From Eledone cirrhosa (taxonomy: Eukaryota): 64,000 bases of DNA. The stretch is taken from contig OZ024744.1 of assembly GCA_964016885.1 (NCBI GenBank), positions 88,102,001-88,166,000 on the forward strand, in the 5' to 3' direction. The notes beneath the pieces are model-generated. The model saw nothing but the letters and a program-made list of their open reading frames with translations, was not told where the DNA came from and did not search any database. Below, in pieces: positions 11,911 to 23,417 of this stretch. A program made the translations under genes and the position numbers. Within the stretch, counting starts at the first letter, position 1. Each line of letters starts with the position of its first letter.

Positions 11911-13689
11911 TTACCTCTCTGCGTCCCGGGTATCGGGCTGCACAATTTCCATTAGGGTGGGGGATGGGTTGTTGGGTGGGGTGGTGGTTTGTGGAAGTGT
12001 GGGGGCATCAGTGTGTTGTGTGGTTGGGGAGCTTGGAGTTGTGAGGGTGTTTGGGGAGGGGGTGGGATAGTTTTTTAGGAGGACGCGGTTAATGGGCCCG
12101 ACGCAGGGGGGACCCACGTCCTCTTTAAAATTGTTTTTTAAAGTTTTATAGGTGTCCTGTGGGGCCTTAATCATTTTGAGGTGGGGGAAATCCCCTGCCT
12201 GGGTGAAGTTAGGCCCTTGTGTTTTTATTAGATTGTTGTTGTACACAATGTTTAACAGTTTTTTGTTTCTTGTATTTATGTATGTGTATGCATGTTTTTG
12301 TTTTTGTGTGGTGTTTTTTGTTTGCTGTTGTGAGCTCTTTTGTGTTGGTGTCAGTGTTATGTTTTGGGGAGGGTTTTTTTTCATTTGTGTGTCTGAGGTG
12401 TGTTTTCTTTTTTTTCTTTTGATTGTGTGGAAGTGCTCCTCCTCGTCTGACGACGAACTAGGGTCATCTTCCGCGTTGGAGGGGAGGGGTATATTTTCGG
12501 GTTGTGTTTGCGGTACGGGTGTTTTGGAAATTGTTTTTGTTTTTTGAGTGGAGGGGATGGGTTGGACATTGTTTTGTTTTGGTTTGAGCTGTGGTGGTTG
12601 TTTTTGTAGTGGTAGTTGTGGTGATTGTGTTGGTTGTGCAGCTGTTGGTGGTGTAGGCAGGATTGGGGTTTTCTTATTAAGTTGGGGACAGACAGCCCTC
12701 AGGTGACCTCTGGTTCCGCAGAGGTAACACGAGGGCCGTCTACCCTCAACGGTAATGTTGATGAAGGTTAGATCATCCAGTATGACGCGTTCAGGGATCT
12801 GGGCGATCCTTTCGGGCCTCATTTGAACCACAAGTTCGAGGCTCGTTCCACTGAACGCGTCACCCGATGCCTTTCCCATGGACACCAGCATGTCATCCTC
12901 CAGGTCCAGAAAACCTGTCAAAACCCACCATATGTCCATAATCGGCAGGATGGTGTGGATTTTTATTTTTTGTGTTCTTCTACCCATGTACGTAGGGTAG
13001 AAGGTGTATGCGGTGGATGTGATTGGTTTGATGGACAGTTTCACTGCTGTGTCCCTGTCCTTCATGAGAATGGATAGACTCCCGTAGAGTCTATCCTTCT
13101 GAATGAAGGTGATGTCCTTCATGACGTCTTTTAAAACCAGCTCTATCTCGCTCTGTGATGGTTGAGCTGGTTTTTTACTTTTGTTCGAGATTGTCCTAAA
13201 CATGACCGTGTTTAGGAGTCTCTGGCTTTTTAGTTCCGGGGGGGAATGGATTGTGAATGAACCATTTTCCCCGTACACTATATATTTTTTCGCATCCGCC
13301 AGTAGCTCCTTCGCTTTTGTTATATCTACTGGCAGATAGTCGAGGGTTTTCCTTGTCGTCTCGGCGAAGGAGAAATTTTGTTTGTTTGTGTTGTTGTTGT
13401 CGTTGGTGGTGTTGTTGTTATCATTGTTGTTGTTGTCACCGTTATTGGTCTTGTTGTTGTTATTGTTATTGGTGTTGTTTTCGTCCGTCGCATTGTTGTT
13501 GTTGCTGTTGCCGCTGGTTCTTTGAGTTGTTGCCATGGCAACGTCAAGTTGTCGGTTAACAGGTGGAGAGAATTCTTCCTCTGGCTGACCTTTCTTCTTG
13601 ACCTCTGCTACTGTGACAGTGGCAGGGGGAAGCTGTAAGTTCATCTTCCCCTTTCCTCCTTCGAATTTTGGTGAAGAAGCTTCGGCCAT
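11911..13689 (-). CDS. LINE ORF1p with CX2CX4HX4C zinc knuckle and low-complexity N-, Q-, T-, P-rich linkers
   Basis: 592 aa open frame directly upstream of ORF2. CYLCGTRGHLRAVC at 12688-12729. Basic KRKKRK patch. Homologous to the E1 ORF1 remnants. Confidence 0.92.
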   Translation of the reverse strand: MAEASSPKFEGGKGKMNLQLPPATVTVAEVKKKGQPEEEFSPPVNRQLDVAMATTQRTSGNSNNNNATDENNTNNNNNNKTNNGDNNNNDNNNTTNDNNNTNKQNFSFAETTRKTLDYLPVDITKAKELLADAKKYIVYGENGSFTIHSPPELKSQRLLNTVMFRTISNKSKKPAQPSQSEIELVLKDVMKDITFIQKDRLYGSLSILMKDRDTAVKLSIKPITSTAYTFYPTYMGRRTQKIKIHTILPIMDIWWVLTGFLDLEDDMLVSMGKASGDAFSGTSLELVVQMRPERIAQIPERVILDDLTFINITVEGRRPSCYLCGTRGHLRAVCPQLNKKTPILPTPPTAAQPTQSPQLPLQKQPPQLKPKQNNVQPIPSTQKTKTISKTPVPQTQPENIPLPSNAEDDPSSSSDEEEHFHTIKRKKRKHTSDTQMKKNPPQNITLTPTQKSSQQQTKNTTQKQKHAYTYINTRNKKLLNIVYNNNLIKTQGPNFTQAGDFPHLKMIKAPQDTYKTLKNNFKEDVGPPCVGPINRVLLKNYPTPSPNTLTTPSSPTTQHTDAPTLPQTTTPPNNPSPTLMEIVQPDTRDAER

Positions 13690-13918
13690 TTAAAAAAATA
13701 TTGACTTTTCAACAAGAAAAAACTTTTTTTTTGTTTAACTATTTCGCCTAAAGGCGTAGAATATTTTGAGAGACTGACCAGATCAAAGTTTGACCTGGCA
13801 GTCCCTCTACAAAATGGTACAAAAATTAAAGTTATCAGACAAGAATTTCTATAGAAATTTAAACAGAACTTACTCAGCAAGTTATACGCGTGTGTCCATC
13901 CCAGAGATAGATGAGAGA

Positions 13919-13965
<47 letters not shown>

Positions 13966-13967
13966 GA

Positions 13968-15691
13968 TTGATTGATTGATTGATTTCTTTATTTAACACA
14001 GGGGCGTGCAAAAATAGGACATTACAAGTGATTGATTGATTGATTTCTTTATTTAACACAGGGGCGTGCAAAAATAGGACATTACAAGATGTGCGGTGGG
14101 GGGTTTTACATAAAATCTGTAATAATAATAATGGATAACAATAAAATATATACAAAATAAAACAATCGAAATCCCCAATAGGAGGGAACGTTACTGCAGG
14201 GTTGTTTTACACCCCTTGGATAGAACAACCCTCAACACCAGGAACACGTTTTGTAGGTGTTTCCGTCTTCCCTCTGAAGGCCCATTTGGGCCATTTTCGC
14301 CCCATTCAGCAACCTTTCAGTGAATTTACTGAGGTGTAGTACCTCTCTCTCCACTTTCTCCTTCCTTCTGAAGTGGTAATTAAAGAAGGCGATGAGTTGC
14401 TGTCCGGAGAAAAAGGTGTTTGCCCTCAGTCCTTTTAACCTCGTCAACCATATTACCTCTTTTGCCATAGCCACCAGACAGAGGAAAACCGCCCCTCTTT
14501 CATTCTTAGATGAAGGCGGCGGGGTGATCCTCACGATGGACTCGGCTGAGAATTGGATGCGTCCCACACGTGACTGTAGCTGTTCGACATAATTCCACAG
14601 GTCGGTCACCCCAAGACACTGAACAATTGCATGCAGAACGGTTTCAATGTCATGCTCGCATCTTGGACAGGTCCTTTTGGTAGTATCTCTGCCAGGGCGT
14701 CCGTGCCTGTAGATTTTGTCCCGAACTGGTAGAGACCTCTGAAAATTGTCCATAGGCCCTGTACGGAAAGTCCTCCCGAATAGACTGGTCAGTTCGTCAT
14801 CCTCGATGCCTAGAGTTTCCCCAAGAACGTCGTTGCACTAATCCCCGATAGAATGTCGAAGTGGAGTCTCCGCTGATTGACCTTTCCGCTTGGTAGAGGG
14901 ATGTGTGCGCCTGAAGGTATTCGAAGTGCCAGGCGCCCATTTTCGGTCTTCACTTGACCCAGGTCTGCAGCTCTGTTAGTGAGACGAGTTGTAGAAGTGC
15001 TCGTCTCACAAACAACAACCATACCGGTTCGCCGGTCAGGAATACCTGGAGATGGCGTAGCCTCAGCGCATGTTTGCGCATCGACAGCCACGACATTCCC
15101 AGCCCTCCGTTAGAAGGGTGTTGGCAGCTGAGGGATCTCCTCACCAATGGAGATGGAGTCTGTTTCTTCCAGAGGAACTTGAAGAGTAGGCGTACCATTT
15201 TGGTGAGGTGTTCGCGGGGACAAGGCACGACTGTCAAGCGGTAGTAGATGACGGACGCTATGTAAGTGTTCGCCACCTTCGCTCAACCTTTCAAGGAGAG
15301 TTTGCACTCAGCCTACTTCTTGGTGAGTGCAAACACCTTCGTCGTGACCTCGTTCCAGTTCTTGTCCACCTGGAGGTCTGGACCAAACCAGACCCCGAGC
15401 AATTTCACCGGTCCTTCCGTCCAGCGTCGGAAGGCATGGGTTTGCATCTTCATGTGCCGAGTTGCAAACCAACAGACTTGTTTGTGTTTAGTCTTGCTCC
15501 TGTCAACGTTTCGTATTCCTAATCGGCAACCTATTACAGGAATACGAAACGTTGACAGGAGCAAGACTAAACCCAAACAAGTCTGTTGGTTTGCAATTCG
15601 GCACATGGAGAGGCAAACCCATGCCTTCCGAAGCGTCGTTGGACGTCCAGACCTCCAGGTGGACAAGAACTGGAACGAGGTCAGGAGGAAG
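13968..15691 (-). mobile_element. 5'-truncated, decayed Tx1-like LINE (copy E5, family C) with duplicated 3' terminus and inverted 5' segment
   Basis: ORF pieces 14232-14753 and 14950-15276 are homologous to the ORF2 C-terminus. ~60 bp tandem duplication of the 3' end (13969-14088). Inverted copy at 15538-15691. GATA flanks. Confidence 0.9.
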
Positions 15692-15740
15692 ATAGATAGA
15701 TAGATAAGACGAGTCATTCATGTGAATGAACTCAGATTTT

Positions 15741-15835
<95 letters not shown>

Positions 15836-15941
15836 CTCGGAACAAAGATGTATGCTATTTCGTTTCATGTTTCATCATTTCGAGAAGATTGAAATTGCTC
15901 TTTCGGTTTCTTCTCCATATATATATATATATATGTGTATG

Positions 15942-16023
<82 letters not shown>

Positions 16024-16360
16024 ATTCAAAATATTAATAAATGAGAAATATTCTCATAACCAAAATATATATTTTATTATACATATTCCAAAGGTACAAT
16101 TGTGTTTAAGTAACTGTCCCTCAGATAAAATATATGAGAGATTGGATATCCGACATACCGGTATGGTTTTGATTATTCAATTCCAATAGTGGCAGTATTG
16201 GAATTGAATAATCAAAACCGTAGCGGTATGTCGCATATCCAATCTCTCATATATTTGATCTAAGGAAAAGGTACTTAAACACAATTGTACCTTTGAAATA
16301 TGTATAATAAAATATATATTTTTCTTATGAGAATATTTTCAATTTATTAATATTTTGAAT
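16024..16360. repeat. ~165 bp-arm imperfect palindrome, probably an inverted Penelope-like terminal repeat
   Basis: Arms 16024-16188 and 16196-16360 are reverse complements around loop GTGGCAG. Homologous sequence occurs at 58306-58505 and 60345-60470, near a GIY-YIG-like remnant. Confidence 0.75.
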
Positions 16361-16452
16361 AATATTAAATACTCCAGAAAAATACTAGTCGAGTGCTTCT
16401 AATCTATTGTAAAATTGTATTCGTTGAACCATATAAACTTTGGTATATAAAC

Positions 16453-16498
<46 letters not shown>

Positions 16499-16611
16499 AT
16501 ATATTCATTAGTTAAGCAAAACAAGACCACAAACTTCACTAGGAGGACATTATTAAAAGATTGTCAACATATTTTAGTTTGATGTAAGGTATGTAGAGAA
16601 TAATATTAGTA

Positions 16612-16998
16612 ATAATAATTGTTTCTACTTTAGGCAAAAGGCCAGCAATTATCCAGTGCATTACTGGTACTTTATTTTATCGTCCCCGTAAGGATGAAAG
16701 GCAAAGTCAACCTCGGCGGGATTAGAAATCAGATCGTAAAGGGACGTAACTATGCTGGAAAGCATGGCGTCCGACCCACCACTGATACTGCCAATCCACC
16801 GCCTATTAATAATAATAATAATTGTTTCTACTTTTGGCACAAGGCCAGCAATTATCCCAGTACATTACTGGTACTTTATTTTATCGACCCCGTAAGGATG
16901 AAAGGCAAAGTAAACCTCGGCGGGATTTGAACTCAGATCGTAAAGGGACGTAACTATGCTGGAAAGCATGGCCTCCGACCTTCTACCGATACTGCCAA
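16612..16998 (-). mobile_element. Two tandem copies of a ~190 bp tRNA-derived SINE
   Basis: A-box TGGCAGTATC(G/A)G, B-box GAGTTCAAATCC, core GCCTTTCATCCTTACGGGGTCGATAAAATAAAGTACCAG and tail GTAGAAACAATTATT; ~20 copies in the window. Confidence 0.9.
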
Positions 16999-17397
16999 TA
17001 ATAATGTCCGTTTACAATTGTTTCACTACTCCATATAATATTTCTTGATCAGATGACTATATATCATAATTGATCTGGTTCAGTTGAAAATAATTAACAT
17101 ATTTAAAAAACTGAGTGGCTCATCGGAACTCAAAGGAATATAAATTAAAATATGTTGACAATCTTTTAATAATGTCTTCCATGTGAAGTTTGTGGTCTTG
17201 TTTTGCTTAACTAATGAATATTTCCAGCTCTGCGCACCTAACTTCTGCATGAACCCAGCCACCTAGATGCTTTCTTCTGCATATTGCACATTGAGCACAT
17301 GCCTTTACGCTTTGGCTTCTCACTAACTCACCAATCTCTCCTCTCATAACTCCTCTACTATCTCCATCTCTCTCTTTAAGATTGGTTACTCTTGAAC

Positions 17398-17439
<42 letters not shown>

Positions 17440-18002
17440 GACAGGGGGGAAGAAAAAATGGCTTCACTTGTGCTTTCAACAAATTTATATTCTTCACAAA
17501 ATCCCAAAAGAATTTTTCTTAAAAAAAATTATTTTATAAATTAAGTTGTTGGTTGTTGGTTAGGTCTTAGGAGTTCTTGGTTAACGTAGGAGGTATTGTT
17601 TCGTTTTTAGAAAGACCTTTCACGCTGAGGTGCGCTTGTCAAACTGATGTGTATGTGGTGTGTTGTTCTATATATAGGGATTTAACATGTCTGTGGTGTG
17701 GTAGGGGTTTCTTTTCTCCTCCTTTAATAAGTGCATGGGTGTAGGTGTGTTGAAAAAGTGTTCATAGCAGTAATGAGTTGAGACGGTGAGTAGGGTTGGG
17801 TGGGGAGAAACTTAGCAAGTGCGGCCTGCCCCGGTCATTCTCGAAAAATTCCTTTATTCAGGGGAAAAAGCTTTTAGCATCGCTTTTGTGTTGAGAATGG
17901 TCACAGGCAAATCGCACCTGTCAAGCTTGTGAATAATTATTTTTTTCTTTTTTTCCTGAAGAATCTTTCTACGTCCATCCCAAAGTTAGTCCTTTGTTCA
18001 AC

Positions 18003-18905
<903 letters not shown>

Positions 18906-19229
18906 ATAATTAGCTATGAGAGGTTGGGAAATACATTTCAATTAAAAGGATATATTGAAATGGAAAAAAAAAAACAATCTCATATCTAAATCACACATGT
19001 ACAGACTCACTAGGAGAATGTTTCACCATGAAATTATTCGGAACCAATTCAGCCTATCAGCATGTCATGTGCTCAAGCCGATATGGTCCTTACTACTCAG
19101 GAGACCTAAAATAACTGACCTAAAGCACTGCGTTTTTCCTCTTTATATTGTATTTTGAAGTGCCCAGGAAAATGTCTTCCTTTGAGATCACTAAATTACA
19201 TGATTATACGCGAGTCCTTTACTCCATTG

Positions 19230-19276
<47 letters not shown>

Positions 19277-19566
19277 GAGAAGAAAGAAGAATACTGCGTG
19301 GTTTGCACATGCGTTACATATAATAAAAATAGTCCTTCGTCAGTGATTTTCCAACCATCATTGGTATTTCATCGCATTAAAATTCAGATACCTCAGGTTG
19401 GTGCGAGCAATAATCTAAAAAAAGTTATTGGGACCAGTAATCGCGTAAAGCGAGGAGGAAAAGTGAACAGCATAGAAGGATAACAACAAACCAAAGCAAA
19501 GAAAATAAACAAGCAACATGGTAGTCCTGGTCAGCATAAACTGGGTGGATTTCATGAGCGAAAAGT

Positions 19567-20177
19567 ATAAATGTTCGGTGAATCCATACGTACATATATA
19601 TATATGTGTGCATGTATGTATATATATATATATACATACTACTGTACGTCTGTATACATATATGTATGTACGTATAGATATTTATATTAAAGTAACAGCC
19701 GTAATAACAGTGAGAAATGAAATTTCGTTTCATTTTTTCCGTTTATCGTTTTAGATACCCCGGCCGATTAACTCACTCGATATGCAAATTAGGCTGCTTA
19801 ACCGTTAATATGCATAAGGAAAGTATATACTTTCAGACGTTCAACCATCTGGGAAGAAGGTTTACGTTGCTGACGATAGCTAATAAGCTTGAAACTAGTA
19901 CAGCGTTCCTTTGTCAGTGTTGAACAAATGAGCAACAATGGTTGCTAGGCACTGTACGGCTTAATTCGGGATGTTTGTTTACAAACACACCGAGCATTAT
20001 AATAAATGTTCGGTGAATCCATACGTACATATATATATATGTGTGCATGTATGTATATATATATACATACTACTGTACGTCTGTATACATATATGTATGT
20101 ACGTATACATACTTGTATTTAAGTAACAGCCATACTAAGAGTGGGAAATGAAATTTCGTTTCATTTTTTCTGTTTAT
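19567..20177 (+). repeat. Pair of ~180 bp direct repeats (19567-19746, 20002-20177)
   Basis: Both read ATAAATGTTCGGTGAATCCATACG...AAGTAACAGCC...GAAATGAAATTTCGTTTCATTTTTTC. Confidence 0.85.
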
Positions 20178-20196
20178 ATATATATTTATATATATA

Positions 20197-20387
20197 TAGG
20201 AACAAGTAAGACCCCGACGGCTGAGCTCAAGCCGTTTCGACGGCTAATTCTGGACTGAATTAGCCGTCGAAACGGCTTGAGCTCAGCCGTCGGGGTCTTA
20301 CTTGTTCCTATTACCCAATCTACTACCCTAAGTATTGAGTACTCTGGTGCGTTATGGTTCACCTGGTTCCTTACCACATTTCCTTCG

Positions 20388-20388
<1 letters not shown>
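20197..20388. mobile_element. Short TA-associated repeat element with a perfect 54 bp inverted repeat (hammerhead-like motif)
   Basis: 20197-20250 is the exact reverse complement of 20257-20310. The family recurs at ~28975-29110, 39164-39376, 40881-41012, 41891-42033 and 49515-49580. Confidence 0.85.
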
Positions 20389-20451
<63 letters not shown>

Positions 20452-20582
20452 CGGGACGATGCTGGACACTTGGTAACTAATACCTATCTTCAACCTCACT
20501 CTTTCCCTTCTCTATCCCTTCTATCTGTGTTCCTTCTCTCTCTTTCTCTCTCTCTCTCTCTGTCTATATATATATATATATG

Positions 20583-20672
<90 letters not shown>

Positions 20673-21130
20673 ACAATATGTGGCACAATATACATTTATT
20701 CTGCCACTTCTTCATCTGTTCTCTCGTCTTCATCTTTCCTCATCACTTAACATCTACCCAGAATGCTATGCATTTTCGTTTTTCCTTGAACTGGCTCAGA
20801 TTTTTTTAATTTTGCCTCCTCTATCGCTTTACATTTCTGTGCTAGAGTCATTGTCTAAATGATTTTATATATTATCTTTTATTAATCTTCATACGCGGCT
20901 GCTTTTGGATATTGTGTTATAGTATGTTGTTAGCTCGTCTTGTACAACAATCCCAGCAACGGATTCCTATTAGCTGTTGGTGGTTTAGGACAAACGTTCT
21001 CATCAACATAAATCCGAAATCGTGGTGATTCCCATCTGATAACTGATGTTACAGGGATATATCTGTCTGTCCCCTTTGATCTGATATGTTCGTTGTCTTC
21101 GTTCTCTGTGACAGATTTTGAATCTGCTAC

Positions 21131-21186
<56 letters not shown>

Positions 21187-21867
21187 ACATCACTGTTTTT
21201 GTCGAAGACACTCGTAAATTCCATTGTCCATCTTTTGTTTAGCTATCGTCTCATATATATCTTACTAACAGAACTGTTCTCCGATGTTTTGCAAACTGGC
21301 ATGACAAGCGCAATACACCATAACGCGCGAAACTGTACGCCAGCAATATGGCTGACAATGTTGAGATACAATTATCTATTAGTCTTTTTCTCTGTTCATA
21401 TTCTGCTCTATGTTCATATTCTGCTGATACTATATATATATATATAGAGAGAGAGAGATACATAGATCGAGAGAGAGAGATATTTGTGTGTGTGCGTGTG
21501 AGTGGGGGTGTGTGCGTATTCATATATGTATATATGTGGGTATTTATATATAGAGAGAGGGAGAGAGATATATATATACATACAAAGAGAGGGGAAGAGG
21601 GAGAATAAGATAAATGTATGCATTACACACATAGATCCCCAGTAGCTACGATTCATACTGATAAACAAAGCAGCTTAGCTCAGATTCGTAAACATTGAAC
21701 CAGAGAACAATATAAACCTCCACACCCACCGCTGCATAGGAGCTAGAATTCTGTACGTTATTTCATTTCATTATTCCGTCAAAAGTGAAATTGGCCTTTC
21801 GGTTTCTCTTCTCTCCCATTCTCGCCCTTCTCTCTCTATATCTCTCTCTTTCTTTCTCTCTCTCTCG

Positions 21868-21971
<104 letters not shown>

Positions 21972-22646
21972 TGTTTTCTTTTGCTTTTTATTTATTTTGG
22001 CATTTTATTACTGTTTATAACTGTCTTTTGTTGCTTTTGAGATTTTTTTTTATATTTTATATTACTATGTGGCTATATCTTTAAATAAGTATTAGAAATT
22101 GTAAAAAGATACAATGTAATATTTGACAGTCAGTCTTCTTGTAGTAACAATTAAAAGACACCACGTTACAAAGAAAGCAAGCAGGCGACTTATTATTTTT
22201 TCCACATAAAAAAGGACAGTTACTCAAAACTGATTGTTATATATATTTTATTTCATCGTCTTTGTTTTGTTTTTGCTTTTCTTCATTTCATTTTTTTTTC
22301 TTTTTCTTATTTTTTTTCTTTGTTCTTTTCTTCTTTTCTTTGCAAGTATCTAAGTTCTATAAAAAGATAATTACCTATAACCAAATATCAAGCACCAATT
22401 ATGGCATCATCCTAGAAACCTGAGAATACATTCTTTGCCACCAAAGAAAGAACTGAAAATAATCGAGAATTAAATTTGGCATCAATAATTCCGCTTTTTT
22501 CTTTTGTGTCGCTTTCTTGAAAAACCATTAAGTGGGTCTGTATGTATGTGTATATGTGTACATGTATGTGTGTATTGTACTGTTACAACCATGCACACAC
22601 ATACACACACATACACACACACGCACACACACACGCACACACACAT

Positions 22647-22677
<31 letters not shown>

Positions 22678-22787
22678 CATACATATATATATATATGTGT
22701 GTGTGTCTGTGTGGCTGTGTGCATATATATATATATATAAATATATATTAGTATGTATTTATATATATATATAGATAATATATATAA

Positions 22788-22824
<37 letters not shown>

Positions 22825-22880
22825 GTATATGTCTGTGTTTATCTATGCGTGTGTGTAAGGGTGCGTATGCTTATACACGG

Positions 22881-23025
<145 letters not shown>

Positions 23026-23267
23026 CGTGTGTGCGCGTGCGTGTGTGCTCGCGTCTGTATAGCCAAAAAAGTTTTCTATGAGATTATATGTGCATGTTTA
23101 CGTTCCCCGTCGCAATTGTTCACGCTCTCTATTTACTCCTTATTCATTTCTCACGTTCTTCCTCAGTTGTTCTTAGAAACACACATACGCATAGACATGT
23201 ATCCATAAATATATGTGTCCATATGTGTATTGCTATATGGTATAATGGCATGAAATGAACAAAAAAA

Positions 23268-23313
<46 letters not shown>

Positions 23314-23333
23314 TATATATATATATACGTCTT

Positions 23334-23380
<47 letters not shown>

Positions 23381-23382
23381 GT

Positions 23383-23417
<35 letters not shown>

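Larger units (their letters stand above)
8185..13904 (-). mobile_element. Full-length, apparently intact Tx1-like LINE (copy E4, ~5.7 kb)
   Basis: ~215 bp 5' UTR, uninterrupted ORF1 and ORF2, and ~265 bp 3' UTR ending near AATAAA. (GATA)n on both flanks. Confidence 0.95.

Noticed and set aside
5349-15704. Repeat-spacer alternation reminiscent of a CRISPR array or telomeric retrotransposon array
   Set aside because: Eukaryotic context, the repeats are variable-length microsatellites and the spacers are LINE copies. GATA is not the TTAGGG telomere repeat, and nothing shows a chromosome end.
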